DNA of 63,783 bases, counting the filler, from Hyphochytrium catenoides (lineage: Eukaryota > Protista > Hyphochytriomycota): the NCBI GenBank assembly GCA_900088475.1. It is 11 parts of 11 records of this genome, joined end to end, with 100 filler letters (N's around TTAATTAATTAA, not from the genome) between each part and the next. Parts side by side here need not be neighbours in the genome. Positions count along the whole stretch, not along the records: positions 23,720 to 34,967 come from FLMG01004165.1; positions 35,068 to 39,425 come from FLMG01004505.1; 9 more parts are not named here. One strand, 5' to 3'. The notes below the pieces were generated by a model. It ran no database searches. It was not told the DNA's origin and worked only from the letters and a program-made list of their open reading frames with translations. Shown in pieces: positions 25,894-38,941 of this stretch (the stretch's first letter is position 1; the number at the start of each line of letters is the position of its first letter). Both the position numbers and the translations under genes were made by a program.

Positions 25894-27203
25894 TGCTCCT
25901 GGAGTGCTGGTCGCTGCTGTTGAGCAGCATGAAGAAGACAATGCCCCGCAACTTTCGCTAACCTCTGACAGCCCTTCACTGCGCAGGAACAGTACAGAGA
26001 AGAAGCTTCCAAGGGCGAGCCAATGGACATCATGCTCAACAGACAAGGGCGGCGGTCTCTCAATGCTGCCAAAGAAGGATTGGACGTGGCCTTCATACCA
26101 CCACCACGTAAGATGCTTCTGGACTTCTCCAATGAACTCTTGTTATAAGAGAAGAACTCCTGTCTGACGTCGCGCTGGCTTTCTTCCCTCGCCAAGGCAC
26201 GGCCTATCTTCTCCGCAGCCGCGGCAGCAGCGGTGTCATAGGGAAAAACTTGGCATGAGAGAAGATCCCCTTCTCGAGGCTGCTCTTCTTCTTTCCTGCT
26301 GCAGGAGCTACTGAGAAGCTGCGTTGTTGATGTCCAAGCATCTCTTTCCCCGCCGCGGAAGAGAGGAGGAAGATAGGGAAGAGAGTCATCACCTATGACA
26401 GAGTTCGCTGTGAAGAAGAAGCTACGTTCCTGGGGCTGGAGCTTTGGAGCATTGCGCCATTGAGAAGAGGAAACAAGCCCGTCATTCTCTCTTTCTCCTC
26501 GATCGCCGTCGTTATACCTTGGATAGGCTGATCTTCTAGCCAGCCGCCTCTGATGGTCTGCAGAGGAAGAGAGAAGAAAGAAGGAAGAAGCTGATCGAAC
26601 CTCCTTCGTCTTTCTAGGAGAAGAGACGAGGAACGTGTGCAGAGGCGATGACGCAAAAGATGAAGATCTAAAGTAACGACGGCAGGCTGCTTTTCCATCT
26701 TCATCTTCTTCTCTCTCCTCTTTCTTCTTCTTTTCCTGCTGCTGCTGCTGTCTGCACATCATCGCCGTCTTCTCCTTCAAGAAGTTCTTCCCGGCTCCGT
26801 GTCTCTTGCAGACTCTTCTCCTCACCGCGTAGTTCTGGCAGTCAAGCACTTCACAGCGTTTAACAGTTGTCTGTCCGCCGTGAGAGACACAGCAGCCGCC
26901 TTTCCGCGGGTGTTTGGGACAGCCTTTGACCTTACACCAGCGTCTCCCTTTCCTACTTTCTCTCCTCCTCGAAGAGAGAGAATCTTCTCTCTTCTCTTCT
27001 TCCTCTTGCTGCTGGTTGCGGGGCGTAGAAGGAGACGATGCTGCGGAGGAGGAGAAGGATGGCTCTGTACCTGCAGAACTATTGGGCGTGAGAGGAGAGA
27101 ACGCTTCTTCATTGTCAATCGTTTCTCCTTCTCCTGCGGCGTTCTTCTTCTTGCTCTTGTTCTCTTCTTCAAAACTTGCCATTCTTTGCTGTCGCCAGGT
27201 CAT
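25890..27203 (-). CDS. WRKY19-like C-x4-C...C-x2-H zinc-finger repeat protein, intronless
   Basis: Three repeats: CKVKGCPKHPRKGGCCVSHGG, CEVLDCQNYAVRRRVCKRHG and CAVKGCQRLAKVAGHCLLH. First plausible ATG at 27203. Confidence 0.75.
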   Translation of the reverse strand: MTWRQQRMASFEEENKSKKKNAAGEGETIDNEEAFSPLTPNSSAGTEPSFSSSAASSPSTPRNQQQEEEEKREDSLSSRRRESRKGRRWCKVKGCPKHPRKGGCCVSHGGQTTVKRCEVLDCQNYAVRRRVCKRHGAGKNFLKEKTAMMCRQQQQQEKKKKEEREEDEDGKAACRRYFRSSSFASSPLHTFLVSSPRKTKEVRSASSFFLLSSSADHQRRLARRSAYPRYNDGDRGERENDGLVSSSQWRNAPKLQPQERSFFFTANSVIGDDSLPYLPPLFRGGERDAWTSTTQLLSSSCSRKEEEQPREGDLLSCQVFPYDTAAAAAAEKIGRALAREESQRDVRQEFFSYNKSSLEKSRSILRGGGMKATSNPSLAALRDRRPCLLSMMSIGSPLEASSLYCSCAVKGCQRLAKVAGHCLLHAAQQQRPALQEH

Positions 27204-27694
27204 TGCTTGTCTCGTTAGCACTGGAGGAAGTGAGAGAGAGAGAGGGAGAGAAAGAAAGAACGAGCAAGCCCACAACTCTATGCGGGCAAGCAGAAGCGAT
27301 GAAAGAGACCAGAAGAGACAATTGAGCTTTATTGGCAATTGAAAGAGATAAGAGACAGACTGCTGTCTTGGACGAAGTGGGAACGATAGCCACGAAGAGC
27401 TGATGGGCCGCGCGCGCCGACGAAAGAGAGAGAGAGAGAGAGAGAGAAATACTGCCCTTGGGACGACAGTTCGTCGTTCTTCTTGCTTCTTCTCCTTTGC
27501 GGAGAGGTTGGGACCGAATGAGGACGGAACTGGAGGAGAAGAGAGAGCAGTAGGAGCCCGACAGATGCAGAGAGAGAGAGAGAGAGAGGAGCGAAGACGA
27601 GTCTGCAAGAGTCACGTGCGAGGAAAAAAGAAACGGAAGGTCAACTCCATTGTACTTCGCCCTGTCCTGCTGGTGGGCGGAACTCTACGAGCAC

Positions 27695-27725
<31 letters not shown>

Positions 27726-28887
27726 GAGAGAGAGAAGAGAAGAGAAAGCCTGCTCTCCGCTTGGGCCATCTGATAGACTTCAATGGAGGAAGAGACATGA
27801 CTCAATGACTCTTTCCTTTTCCCGTTAACTGTCCCACAGACTTGACAGCGAAGTCACTTCCTCTTCATAATGAAAGAGAGAGAAAGAAGAGAGGCTCTGC
27901 GCCCTCCAGCGGTTAGAAGGCACCACCCACCAGACTGCAAAGAGAGAGAGACAACAAGAGGATTCCGTTACATTGCCCATCTCTCGCCTTCTCTCTCCCT
28001 TTCTTTCTTCTCTTCCCCGCCGTTTTCTCCTGCTGCCTGGTTCGTTCTCTTTTTTCTCTCCTCCATCGCTTGACTCTTTCTTATCTATGCGACTCGGCTG
28101 TCATCCAGGCGCATTATTCCGCTCCCTCTCTCTTCCCTTTCCGTCGTCTTTTTCTCTCTCTCTCTCTCTCTTTCTCCCCCTTTATCCGTCATTGCAGATG
28201 CCTACTCCTCTCTCCCTTCCCACTTCCGGTGCCCTGCCTGTTAATCAATGGGAGAGGAGAGGTGTCTTTGTGGGGAGAAAGAAGAGAGCGAAGAGAGAAG
28301 AGACAGAAGAAGAGAACGACGGCTCATTGTCCCTTCTCCTCCTACGAGGAGAAGAGACACGACCAGAGGCGGTTGACGGACTTGAAAGACAGGACACAAA
28401 AGCTTGGGAAAGGACTTCCCCACCTGCTCCTGTTCAGCAGGAACAAGTAGCAGCCAAAGGAGTCGTCTTCCTTTGGCTCTCTCCCTCTCTCTCTCTCTTA
28501 TTATAGACTTCTGATACCTTTGTCCTGTCTCTCCCCGATGTGTTTCTCTTGTCCTCTCCTTTCCCCTGCTTCTTTCCTCTCCTCTCTTTCTCCTCTTCTC
28601 TTTATAAAGAGAAAGAAGGAAGCACGAGGTCCAGGGAGGAAGAAGGTAACAGTCTTGGTCGCTGGGTAGCGTTGCTGCCGCACGTGAATCACGGAAGAGG
28701 GAGACGGGACGGGGGAGAGAAAGAGCGGATGCTTCCTCTCTTCGTTTTCTCTCTCTCTCTCTCCCCATTCTTCGGTCTTCGTTTCTCACTCTCTCTCACT
28801 TCTTTCGTCGTCTCTCTTCTCTCTCTCGCTGTCTCTTCTCCGTTGTTGTCTTCCCTCGCCTACTCTCTCTCTCTCTCTCTCTTTCTT

Positions 28888-28920
<33 letters not shown>

Positions 28921-30541
28921 TGCCTTTCTCTCTCTTCCCCTCTCTCTCCCTCATCTCTTTCTTTCTCATGAGGTCATCCCACCCACCCTCATATCATGCT
29001 AGATGTGTCGGATTCTAGATAATGAGGGGTGGGTGGGAGAGTCCAGATATGGAAACGGCCGTCTCTTGGAAACGGGCCGTTACAAAAGTGCACTCATTTT
29101 TAAAGTTTCTGACTTCCTTTTTCTCGAACTCCTCTCTCTCTCCTACTTCTTTTCTCTTCTTCTTTTATTCTCTTTCTCTTCTCTTCGTCTCTTTGGCCTC
29201 TTCTTCTCAGGAGGCGCGGCTGTGACTCTTCCGGGCTGAGGAAGGAGAGACGGGAGATGGGCTGAGGAGGGCGGGCGAGGCGGGAGGAAAGACAGAGTAA
29301 GAGACAGAACGTGAGAGAGAGAGAGAGAGAGAGAGAGACAAGAGAGGGAGAGACCGTCCTCACTCAGCTGGGCGCTGATTGGGAAAGAAGGACAGAAGGA
29401 GAAAAAGGTTAACCACTGACAGCAGTGGGAGATATAATTACAGAGGCAGAAGAGAGAGATAGGGAGAGAAGAGACGGGAAGGAAGAGAAGACACTGATTC
29501 CCTCTTCCTTTGCGCGTGGTGGGTGGCGGTAACAACAAAAGAAATCTAATATGAGACCATACAATCATCATGCTCTCTCTCTCTCTCTCCTACCACTGCT
29601 CTTTCTTCTTCCTCCCTCCAAGGATCACAGTTATTTAGGAGGAGAGAGAGAGAAAGAAAGAGAGAGACTGCAGGAGAGAGAAGAGAGAAACCAAAAGAAG
29701 AGCAGCCTGGAAGAGGAGCCAGGAGAGAGGGAACCGGAAAGAGGAAGGAAAGCAAGAGCAGGGAGATAGCCTAGAGAAGCTAGACAATAGGTGGCTAACC
29801 AAAGGGAGGATTAGCACTATCAACCAGGCGTTTGGGACATGACTGTCCCTTCCCCTGCCGAGAGAGAGAGAAACAGACACGAGAGAGAGAGAGCGAGTTG
29901 AGAAGGAGAGAGGACAACGACGCTGGAGTGAGGAGAAAGAAGAGAAAAGATGAAGTGCGAAGGGTTCCAAAGAGTGATCCACGGAATAAAAGAGTGAAAG
30001 AGAGAGAAACCAGAAAAGATGAATGAAAATGTAACGAAGAGAGAGAGTCAGGAAGAGAGGGAGAGAGACACCAGCAGCAGAGAGACCATTCTATGAATCA
30101 ATCCGAGCTCACTTTTGAGAATTTGTTGCTCTGTCTCTACGTTTGTGTCCTTCTCTCTCTTCTTCTTTCTCTCCCTTCTTTTGTCCTTTCTCTCCTGCGC
30201 TGTCCTCTTCCCCAACCCTTTTGATGATGCCCAAGGTGGCTCACCCATCGGCGTGGGCTGTCTCTTCTTCTTGCCTCAACGTTCCTGTTCCTTTGATTCC
30301 TCACTCTCTCTCTCTCTCTCTCTCTCTGTGTCTTCTCTCTCTCTCTTTGCAAAAAAAGCTTTATTCGCTGGGGGACAAGGTGACAGATTTGCCTGGGTGA
30401 AGTCCCAGAGGAGCTTTCTTTCTTTCTTTGTCTCTTGAGCTGTAGACCTCTGATAGCTGCCGAGATGTCTAGAGGTTCATGGGATTGTACCTGCCAGCTT
30501 TTTTCCGGAGGATGTAATGCATTTGCCATGGACCTTTGTCT

Positions 30542-30617
<76 letters not shown>

Positions 30618-30747
30618 AAGAATCTTTCTCGTCATTGACTGTGAGAAGTGAGAACAGTAGTAGTAAGGCTCTTACACAGCGGGACAGCGCACAAGGTAGT
30701 AAGCAGAGGGTGTTGCTTATAATAAGGGTTAGGGGTAAATGAACCCA

Positions 30748-30793
<46 letters not shown>

Positions 30794-31115
30794 TCTCTCT
30801 GTCTCTCTCTTGTTCTCTCTCTTCTCTCTCATTCTCTCTCATCGCGGCTCCCTGCTCTCTCCTCTGATGACAGCGTGGTTGGCCCAGGTTCGAGCACAGC
30901 TTCTGCTCAGCGTCTCCTCGAAGATCTCACAAGCCTTTTAGGGAGCAGTGAGGAAGAGAGAATATCTTCACTCTTCCTCTGCCTAAGAGCTCCGCACGTG
31001 GTAGGTACCTAGTTTATAGGAAAGGGTTATTAAAGAGCAAGAAACAGGTAGAAGCAAGAAGGTGGAGAGAGAGAGAGAGATAAAGAGAGAGAGAAGGGGA
31101 AAGAGAGAGGAGGGG

Positions 31116-31155
<40 letters not shown>

Positions 31156-31323
31156 AAGCTTGCTCCATTGTGGATCATAGAGCCCAAGTGATGATGACGA
31201 TGAAGACCTAAAAGAAGAAGAAAGCACGGATTTTATCTTCTCATCTTCTCCTTCAATCCCTTAACGATCTCTTCTCTCTTCTCTTCTCTTCTCTTATTCC
31301 CTTCGCCCTGTTTTGCAGTTCGT

Positions 31324-31354
<31 letters not shown>

Positions 31355-32067
31355 CTCTTCCCTTTTGGAAGTTCATAAAGGAGAAAGAAGACAAGACGGC
31401 GTTAATATCAGGAGAAAGGCTGTTCCAGACATTTGCAGACAGGCGGCTGCTGTGTCTCTCTCTATGGAGAGAAAGCCGCTTGATGTTAGAACTGCGCAGC
31501 AAAGAGACGAGTCTGCAAACGACACTGGAGCAGGGAGACTTTTTCACTCTCTCTCTCTCTCTCTCTCTCTCCTTATTGTCGGGAAGAGAGAGCTTAGGCC
31601 AGCCAAGGAGCTCATGAGCATTTCCTTTATTATTATAGAAAAGTATAATCGAAGAGAAAGAGATAAAGGCCTATGAAGAGGATATGATGGCCAAAAGAGC
31701 TGAAGACACAAACACAGAGAGAAAGGGAAAGAGAGAGAGAAAGAGAAGACAATGCCCCTCGCGAATAGAGAGAGAGAGAGAGAGAGAGAAAGGAGCAAAA
31801 GGGGTAAGACTGGCATCATGCGAGAGTCCCATTACTCATGGTCTGTCTATCTCTTGTCTCCTCTCTGCCTTGCTTAGCTCCTCTCTCTCTCTCTCTCTCT
31901 CTCTCGTCTTCTTTAGCGTTCCTGTCCTCTCCTCCTCTTCAGGAACGATAAATGATGATGCTGGAAGCGGAGGTTGACACACAGAATGATCCACTTAGAA
32001 CGAGAGACCAAAGAGAAGAGAGAGAGAGAAAGAAAGAGAGAGAGAGAGGTGTCTCCTCTCCTCTCTC

Positions 32068-32529
32068 TTACAGTCGTGCATGGTCTGTCCTTCGATGGCC
32101 ATCTCTTGCGAGAGAGAGAGAGGAGCCGGAAGTGAGAGGCTGGCTGGTGCTGATCAGGCTGCTTCCTCCCGTGCTCCGATATTCTGTGAGAAGAGTTCCT
32201 GGAGTTGTGGCCAAGCTCTCATCTTCCTCTTCCACCCAGTACTGGCTCAGTCTCTCCGGCATGCTCTCTCTTCTCTCACTCTGAGGCGTTGCAAGGCTGA
32301 CAGGGCTGTGGCGTCGTTGTCTCTCTCTCTCTTCGTCTCTCTCTTCTCTCTCTTCATCGTCTTCTCTTCCCTCTTCTACCGCTGTCATAGAATGGAGAAA
32401 AGTGGTTGAAAGACCCTCCGGGAGCTTGTCTTTCCCCACGTTGGCGATGCTCTGGTTCTTCTCTGCTTTGAACATGCTATAGCCGTCCAACCCATACTCT
32501 TCCAGCAACTCACGCCGCCTCTCAACCTG

Positions 32530-32571
<42 letters not shown>

Positions 32572-32656
32572 AAGAAGGAAGAGCAGAGGAATAAAATGGT
32601 GGTCAGCCAAAAATTCAACTTGAATGGGGCTTGCGTGCCAGCTATATTACTCTCTG

Positions 32657-32711
<55 letters not shown>

Positions 32712-33529
32712 GTCTCTCTCTATCTCTATCTCTCTCTCTTACTCTCTCTCCCACCTGTCTCTGTCTTCCCTGTTCTCTCCTTCTTCCTTCTAATGCTTTA
32801 GCTCACCTACTCACTAGTCTTCTTGTTGGGTTCCTTCCTTTATTTGTCTATAATGACTCGCTTTCCCTCTTTCTCTCTCTCTCTCTCTCTCTCTCGTTTT
32901 GTTCCCGTTCTTTTTTCTCTCTTCTCTCTCTCTGTTCCCCTCACCTCTGTGTCGATGCTGGAGTGGGTTGTGAACCTTGACTGCAGCCGCGATTTGACAG
33001 TCGTTTTCACTTTCTGGACGGTGACAGCGTTGTAACCAAAGATGATCGTTGTCACCAGCTGCACAAGTGGAAGAGAGAGAGAGAGAAACAGAGAGAGAGA
33101 GAAAGAGAGCGGGGAGGGGAAGGGGGGAGAGAGAGAGGGGAAAAGAGAGAAACTGTTAGAAACAACAACACAAAGAAGTGAGAGACACATACGAGGAAAA
33201 AAAAGAAAGTAGGGAGAGGGAGAGAGAAGAGAGCGAGAGAGAGAGAAAAAAAGAGGGAGAGAGAGGGAGAGAGACAGAGAGAGGGAGAGAGAGGGAGAGA
33301 GAGGAAGAGAGAGACAGAGAGAGAGAGGCTCACCCCAATAATGCTGTCGCTGGTGATGGTGGTCATGCAGTAAGTGTACGAAGAGCGCTTGACGTAGTTG
33401 AGGTGCTGCGGCCAGTATTCCGAAATAAGACTGTTAAATCCATACAGATACGTGCTAACCATGAACCATGCCAGGAAGATTGAGAATCCAATGACTTGCT
33501 GCATGGTCAACAAGAACGAAAGAGAGTGA

Positions 33530-33593
<64 letters not shown>

Positions 33594-33710
33594 AAGGAAG
33601 GAGGGAGAGAAGAGAGAGAGTGTCAGTTGGAGGAAAAGAGACCCGAAAGGCCGGAAGGAGGAAAAGTCGGAGAAAAGAAGGAAAAAGAACGGAATAGCAG
33701 CCAAACCGAA

Positions 33711-33759
<49 letters not shown>

Positions 33760-34415
33760 GAGAGAGAAAAAGAGAAAGAGAGACTTGTTACCAAGATGTA
33801 CGTCTTGCTGACGAGTCTGCATCTCTCATTCTTCGATTTGATGAATCCTTCGCCCCTGAGAACCATAATGATGCGGACGGCGAAGAACATGCCGCAGAGG
33901 AAGAGAAGAGGATAGAAGACGTACAAGACTCCAAAGCTAGAGAGAGAGAGGGACAGAGAGAGAGAGACAGAGAGAGAGAAGAAAGGAGAGGAGAGGACAG
34001 AGAGAGACGTCAGTAGAGAGAAAGAGAGAGAGATGGAATAAAAAGGAAGACATGGGGAGAGGTGGCAAATTCACAAGTCAGAGATGCTGCTAGAAGGGCC
34101 AAGAGAGAGGAAGAGGGTACACGAAGTAGAAGAAGAGAGAGAGAGAGAGAGGAAAGAAAGAAGAGAGAGAGACAGAGTGAGAGACAGAGAGAGAAGTGGG
34201 CCAAGCAACTTACCGTAGCATCACTTTTTCCTTAGGGATGTAGCACATCATAGCGATGGGGAGAGGGCCATAGTTCCGAGTGATGAGGAGAGAGAAAGAG
34301 AGAACCGCGGGAAATATCCAGATGCAGACATGAAAGAGTTTGGATCTCTTTCTGATGTCAGCGACCGGTACGCCACGGACAATAATCTAACAGAGAAGAG
34401 AGAGAGAGAGGGGGG

Positions 34416-34458
<43 letters not shown>

Positions 34459-34707
34459 GTTAAGAGAACGGTGAGAGACGAGGAACAGGCAGAGAGGAGA
34501 TAGGAGAGAAAAGAGAGAGAGAGAGAGAGAGAGCATTGTCAGGACAAAGCGATAGGAGAAGTAAGCGACGAGTGGGAAAGAAGAGAGAATGTAAGAGGAA
34601 GACCGAAATGGGAAAGAAAGACGAGAAGAGAGTGTAACTAGAGAAAAGAGGGACAACAGAGCGCGAGAAACGTCTGAAAGGAGAGAGACACATTATATAG
34701 AGAGAGA

Positions 34708-34745
<38 letters not shown>

Positions 34746-35520
34746 AGGGGGGAAGGAAGGTGGAGAGACAGAGAGAGACAGAGACAGAGAGAGAGACAGA
34801 GAGAGAGAGACAGAGAGAGAGAGCTCACCAGATAGATGACAAAGAGCACGGCCAGCCAAAGGATCATCATAGTGAGGGCGATGAACTGGAAGAGAAAGGC
34901 CTGGAGCGCACAGAGAGGATGGAAAGCGGGAGAGAAGATCTGCATCTCCGTCAAAAAAGTGAGCCCGNNNNNNNNNNNNNNNNNNNNNNNNNNNNNNNNN
35001 NNNNNNNNNNNTTAATTAATTAANNNNNNNNNNNNNNNNNNNNNNNNNNNNNNNNNNNNNNNNNNNNAGAGAGAGAGAGAGAGAGAGAAAGGGGAGAGAA
35101 TGGGAAAGAGAGAGTCAGGCAAAGAGAAGAGAGAAGCAGGGCTCTTTGGGCTTCTGTGAGAAACCTGCGAGAGATGAAGAAAGGTGGGGAGAGCGCAGAC
35201 AAAACATCCAAGAATGAAGAAGAGAGCTGGAGACAAAGAGGGAGAGAGAGAGAGAGAGAGAGAGAGAAGGAAAGAAAGAGAGGAAGGAAGTCAAGTTCCA
35301 GCTACAAGCACGCGATAAGAGAAGCTGAGGAGTGGGCCTCCTTCAGCTCCTTACCCATAGTTCTGCTGTTATTTTGGATTGGAAGGGGAGAAAGGCTTCG
35401 TCTTCTGTGCTCGGTGTCTGCGACTACTAAACTTTGGAAGTGAAGATTGAAGACCAGGAAGGCGATGGCACTGACTACCGAGGATGCTTTGGCAAGAAAA
35501 GCTGAAGCTTGGTCGTCACA
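32068..35520 (-). CDS. 7-transmembrane GPCR, cAMP-receptor-like/GCR1-type; spans the gap linker at 34968-35067; start uncertain
   Basis: Seven hydrophobic segments across spliced exons. TM3 LCALQAFLFQFIALTMMILWLAVLFVIYL has the conserved Cys. Also TM4 FHVCIWIFPAVL, ECL2 MMCYI, TM7 IIGLVTTIIFGY and a long Ser/Thr/acidic C-tail. Confidence 0.75.
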
Positions 35521-35683
35521 AAATAGAGCGAGAGAGAGAGAGAGAGAAAGAGAGAAAGAGAGACAGAGAGAGAGAGACAGAGAGAGAAAAAGGAGAGAGA
35601 GGGGGAAGAGGAAGGGAGAGAGAGAATGAAGAGACAGAGAGAATGAGGGACAATGAGATACAGAGGGAGAGAGAGAAAGAGGG

Positions 35684-35726
<43 letters not shown>

Positions 35727-36088
35727 NNNNNNNNNNNNNNNNNNNNNNNNNNNNNNNGAGAGAGAGAGAGAGAGAGAGAGCCGAATAATCAGAATCAGCA
35801 GATCTCAAAAGATTCCCTGTCATCAAGAGCAAAGCAGAGGCGATTATGACACTACAGATCTAGAATAATCTCAAAAGTCAGTTCCTCATTCCTGATTATT
35901 TCTTCGTCATTCGTGATACACCCTTCTTCCTCTCCATGCCATCTCAGCATTCCCCTCGGAGATATAGATTTACACAGAGATCCCCTCGGACTAGGAGAGA
36001 CTCGATCGAAAAGTCATTTCTTTCTCCTGCTTGGCCCTGCAATCTCTCCTTCTGTCTCTCTTCCCTCTTTCCCTCTCTCTCTCTCCCG

Positions 36089-36119
<31 letters not shown>

Positions 36120-36394
36120 CCGCGCGCTCTCTCTCTCTCTTTCTCTCTTTTGGTGTTTGCGGTTGGTCCGCTGACAGAGCCCCCGTCTCACATTTGGTCC
36201 AGTCAGCAGCGCATCGGGGAGAGAAGGCTGTCTACCCTTCCTTGTTTATCATCCTCGTCTAGCTGCCAGTCAGGCAATCCCTTGTCTCTCCTGCCTGAGG
36301 CTAGCCTTCCCCTCAGTGCCCAGGCCCCGCCCGCCTCTCTCTCTCTCCCCTCGCTTTCGCACTGACTACTAACCAAGAAGAGAGAAGAGGAAGG

Positions 36395-37206
36395 ATGACT
36401 CCCGAGAGAGAGAGAGACGATGGCGCCTTTCCTCTCTGTCCCTTCGTAGAGTTCGACAACCAGCTCTTCTTCGCGCCGAAGGCTGAGTTCGGTCCTGCCA
36501 TACATAATAACAGGCTGGAGGGCCGCCTGGTGCTCGCGCAGCCTCAGGATGCGGCCGCGGCGCTCACGAATGTCCATGATCTTCGAGGGAATATCGTGCT
36601 CATTGACAGAGGAACCGTTGATTTTCCTACCAAGGTGGGCGCCTCTTTCTCCTCTCCTCTCGTCTTTCCCTCTCTCTCTCTGTCTCTCTCTCTCTCTCAC
36701 ACACACACACAATCTATCTACCATCTGTCTGTCTCCTGTCTTGACAGTTTTCTCTGCCTGTCTGTTTCGCGTCTCCTCCTTCTTTTGTGGTCTCTCTCTA
36801 CCTCTCGCTTCGCTTTCCTCCCTGTCTCTCTCTCTCTGCCTTCTTTCTCTCTCTCTATGCCTATCCTCTCCCCAAATCCCTGCCTCTCTCCTGTCCGTCT
36901 GGCAGTATCACCTCCTCATACCTTTCTCTCTCCCTGTGTCTCTCTGTCTCCTTCGCTGTCTCTGTCTCTCTGCCTCTGTCTCTCTCTGTCTCGCCACTGA
37001 GTGTCTTCCTGTCTCTGTCAATCTCTCTCTCTCTCACTCCGCTCCCCCTCGTTTCTCCTTTCTCCTTTCTGCTCTCTCTCCCTCTCTTTTCTGTCTCAGT
37101 CTTTCTGTCTCTCCTCTGGCGAAAGTCCGTCTGTCTGTATCGTCATATCTCTCTCTGTCCACCTCCTTCTGCATCCATCAGCAGTACCTCCGTAGTCTTA
37201 CGCTGA

Positions 37207-37242
<36 letters not shown>

Positions 37243-38907
37243 TCTATAGGTGCTCCGGGCTCAAGAGGCGGGAGCCATCATGACCATTATCGCGAACAAT
37301 GACGAGACAGAGCCAGACGCCGCCTTCGTCATGTCCTGTCCGCCAAAGAAGAGCAAAAAGATACGCATTCCATCCGTGATGCTCTCTCTCTCTGCCTCTT
37401 CTCAGTTAAAGCAGCAGGCAGAGAGAGAGAAGGAGCTCATTATCAGTGTCTTCTGCCTTGATATGGCGGAGGCAGGAGTGCTTATGGAAGCAAAACAGCG
37501 AGAGAAAGAGGAGAGAAAGAGACAGGAGGAAGAGAGAGAGAGAGCTGCAAGGCGAGAGCAACAGAAGCAAGAAGCAGCAAAGCTTCTCAGGAGTCTTGTC
37601 GGAAGGCCTCCTGCCTCTCAGGAAGCTTACCAGCAGGAGAGAGAAGGAGGAAGAGAGAGAACGAGTGGACAAAGAGGAAGAGCTGCAAGCGTAAGAGCCA
37701 CCCTTCCCTCTCCTCTTCTCGCAGCAGGAGCCATCCCGTCTCCTTCTCCAACCTTCTGCCCCAGAGATGCCCTAGAAATGATGGGAGAGAGAGAGATGCC
37801 GGTGGGAGGAGAGAGAGAGAGAGAGAGTTGCCCACTTCTGGTTGCCTCTCCGGTGGTTGTCTCCTGCCGCGCGGAGCTGCCTACGGACAAGCTTCCCTAT
37901 GGACTCTTTCCTCCTGTCTCTCCTGGGTCAACTGCCATCCTGATCGTGGACATGCAGTACTACTTTGCTCTGCCTCAAACAGGTCTTCCTCTCCCTGCCA
38001 AAGAGACTCCACTATCCTCTCCTTCTGTTGTCCCTAGATCGTCTCTTCCTTTATTCTTCCTATATCTTTCTCTCTTTCTCTCTCTCCCTATCTTTTCCTC
38101 CGTCATTCTCTCCCTTACTAGTTCTTGTTCCATTTTGGCCTTCATGTCCCCACCACCACCTTCCTCTCTTTCTCTCTCTTTGTTTCTCTCTCTCTTTCTC
38201 TGTCCCCCCCTCTCTCCGTCTTTCTCCCTATCTCTCTCTCTCTCTCTCTCCCTTCTCTCTCTCTCACTCTTGCTCTCTCTTTTCTCGCTTTGTCCCTCTC
38301 TTTCTCTCTTCCTCCCGTTCACCTCTTTCTCTCCTCTCATCGTCTCTCCCCCCTCTGCCTTTCTCCTTCTCTCCTTCATCAGGCCGCTATACAGGCATTG
38401 ACCATCATAACAAGCGCTATCAAAAGTATTTCTCCCGTGTCCGAGAGCTGGTGACGCCTAACATTCAGCTCCTGCAGCGCTACGGCCGCCTCCACAGCCT
38501 CGAGCTCTTCTACTCGAGGGTGGAGGCAGCCACCAAGGATGGAAGAGACCTCAGCCTAAGCTTCAAACTGGGGAGTATCCACGTCGCCCGGGGGAGTCAT
38601 GACGCCAGGATCTTAGATAGTGTCCAGCCTCAGGAGGATGAGATCATTGTCAGCAAGAGCAGTCCAAGGTATGGACTCGACACGGCGACGGAAAGAGAGA
38701 GAGAGATGGAGAGAGAGAGAGAGAGAGAGAAGGGGAGAGACAGAGAGAGGAGAGTAGAGAAGAGAACGTGAGAGAGAGGAAGGAAAAGAAGGAATTGAGG
38801 GCCATAATATGCATCTTTGAAGTGTGCTAGCTAACCGCATTCTTATCCTTCTCTTCTCTCTTTCTTCCTCTCCCCTATGTTAACACCAATCCCTTCTGCT
38901 CCATTTG

Positions 38908-38941
<34 letters not shown>

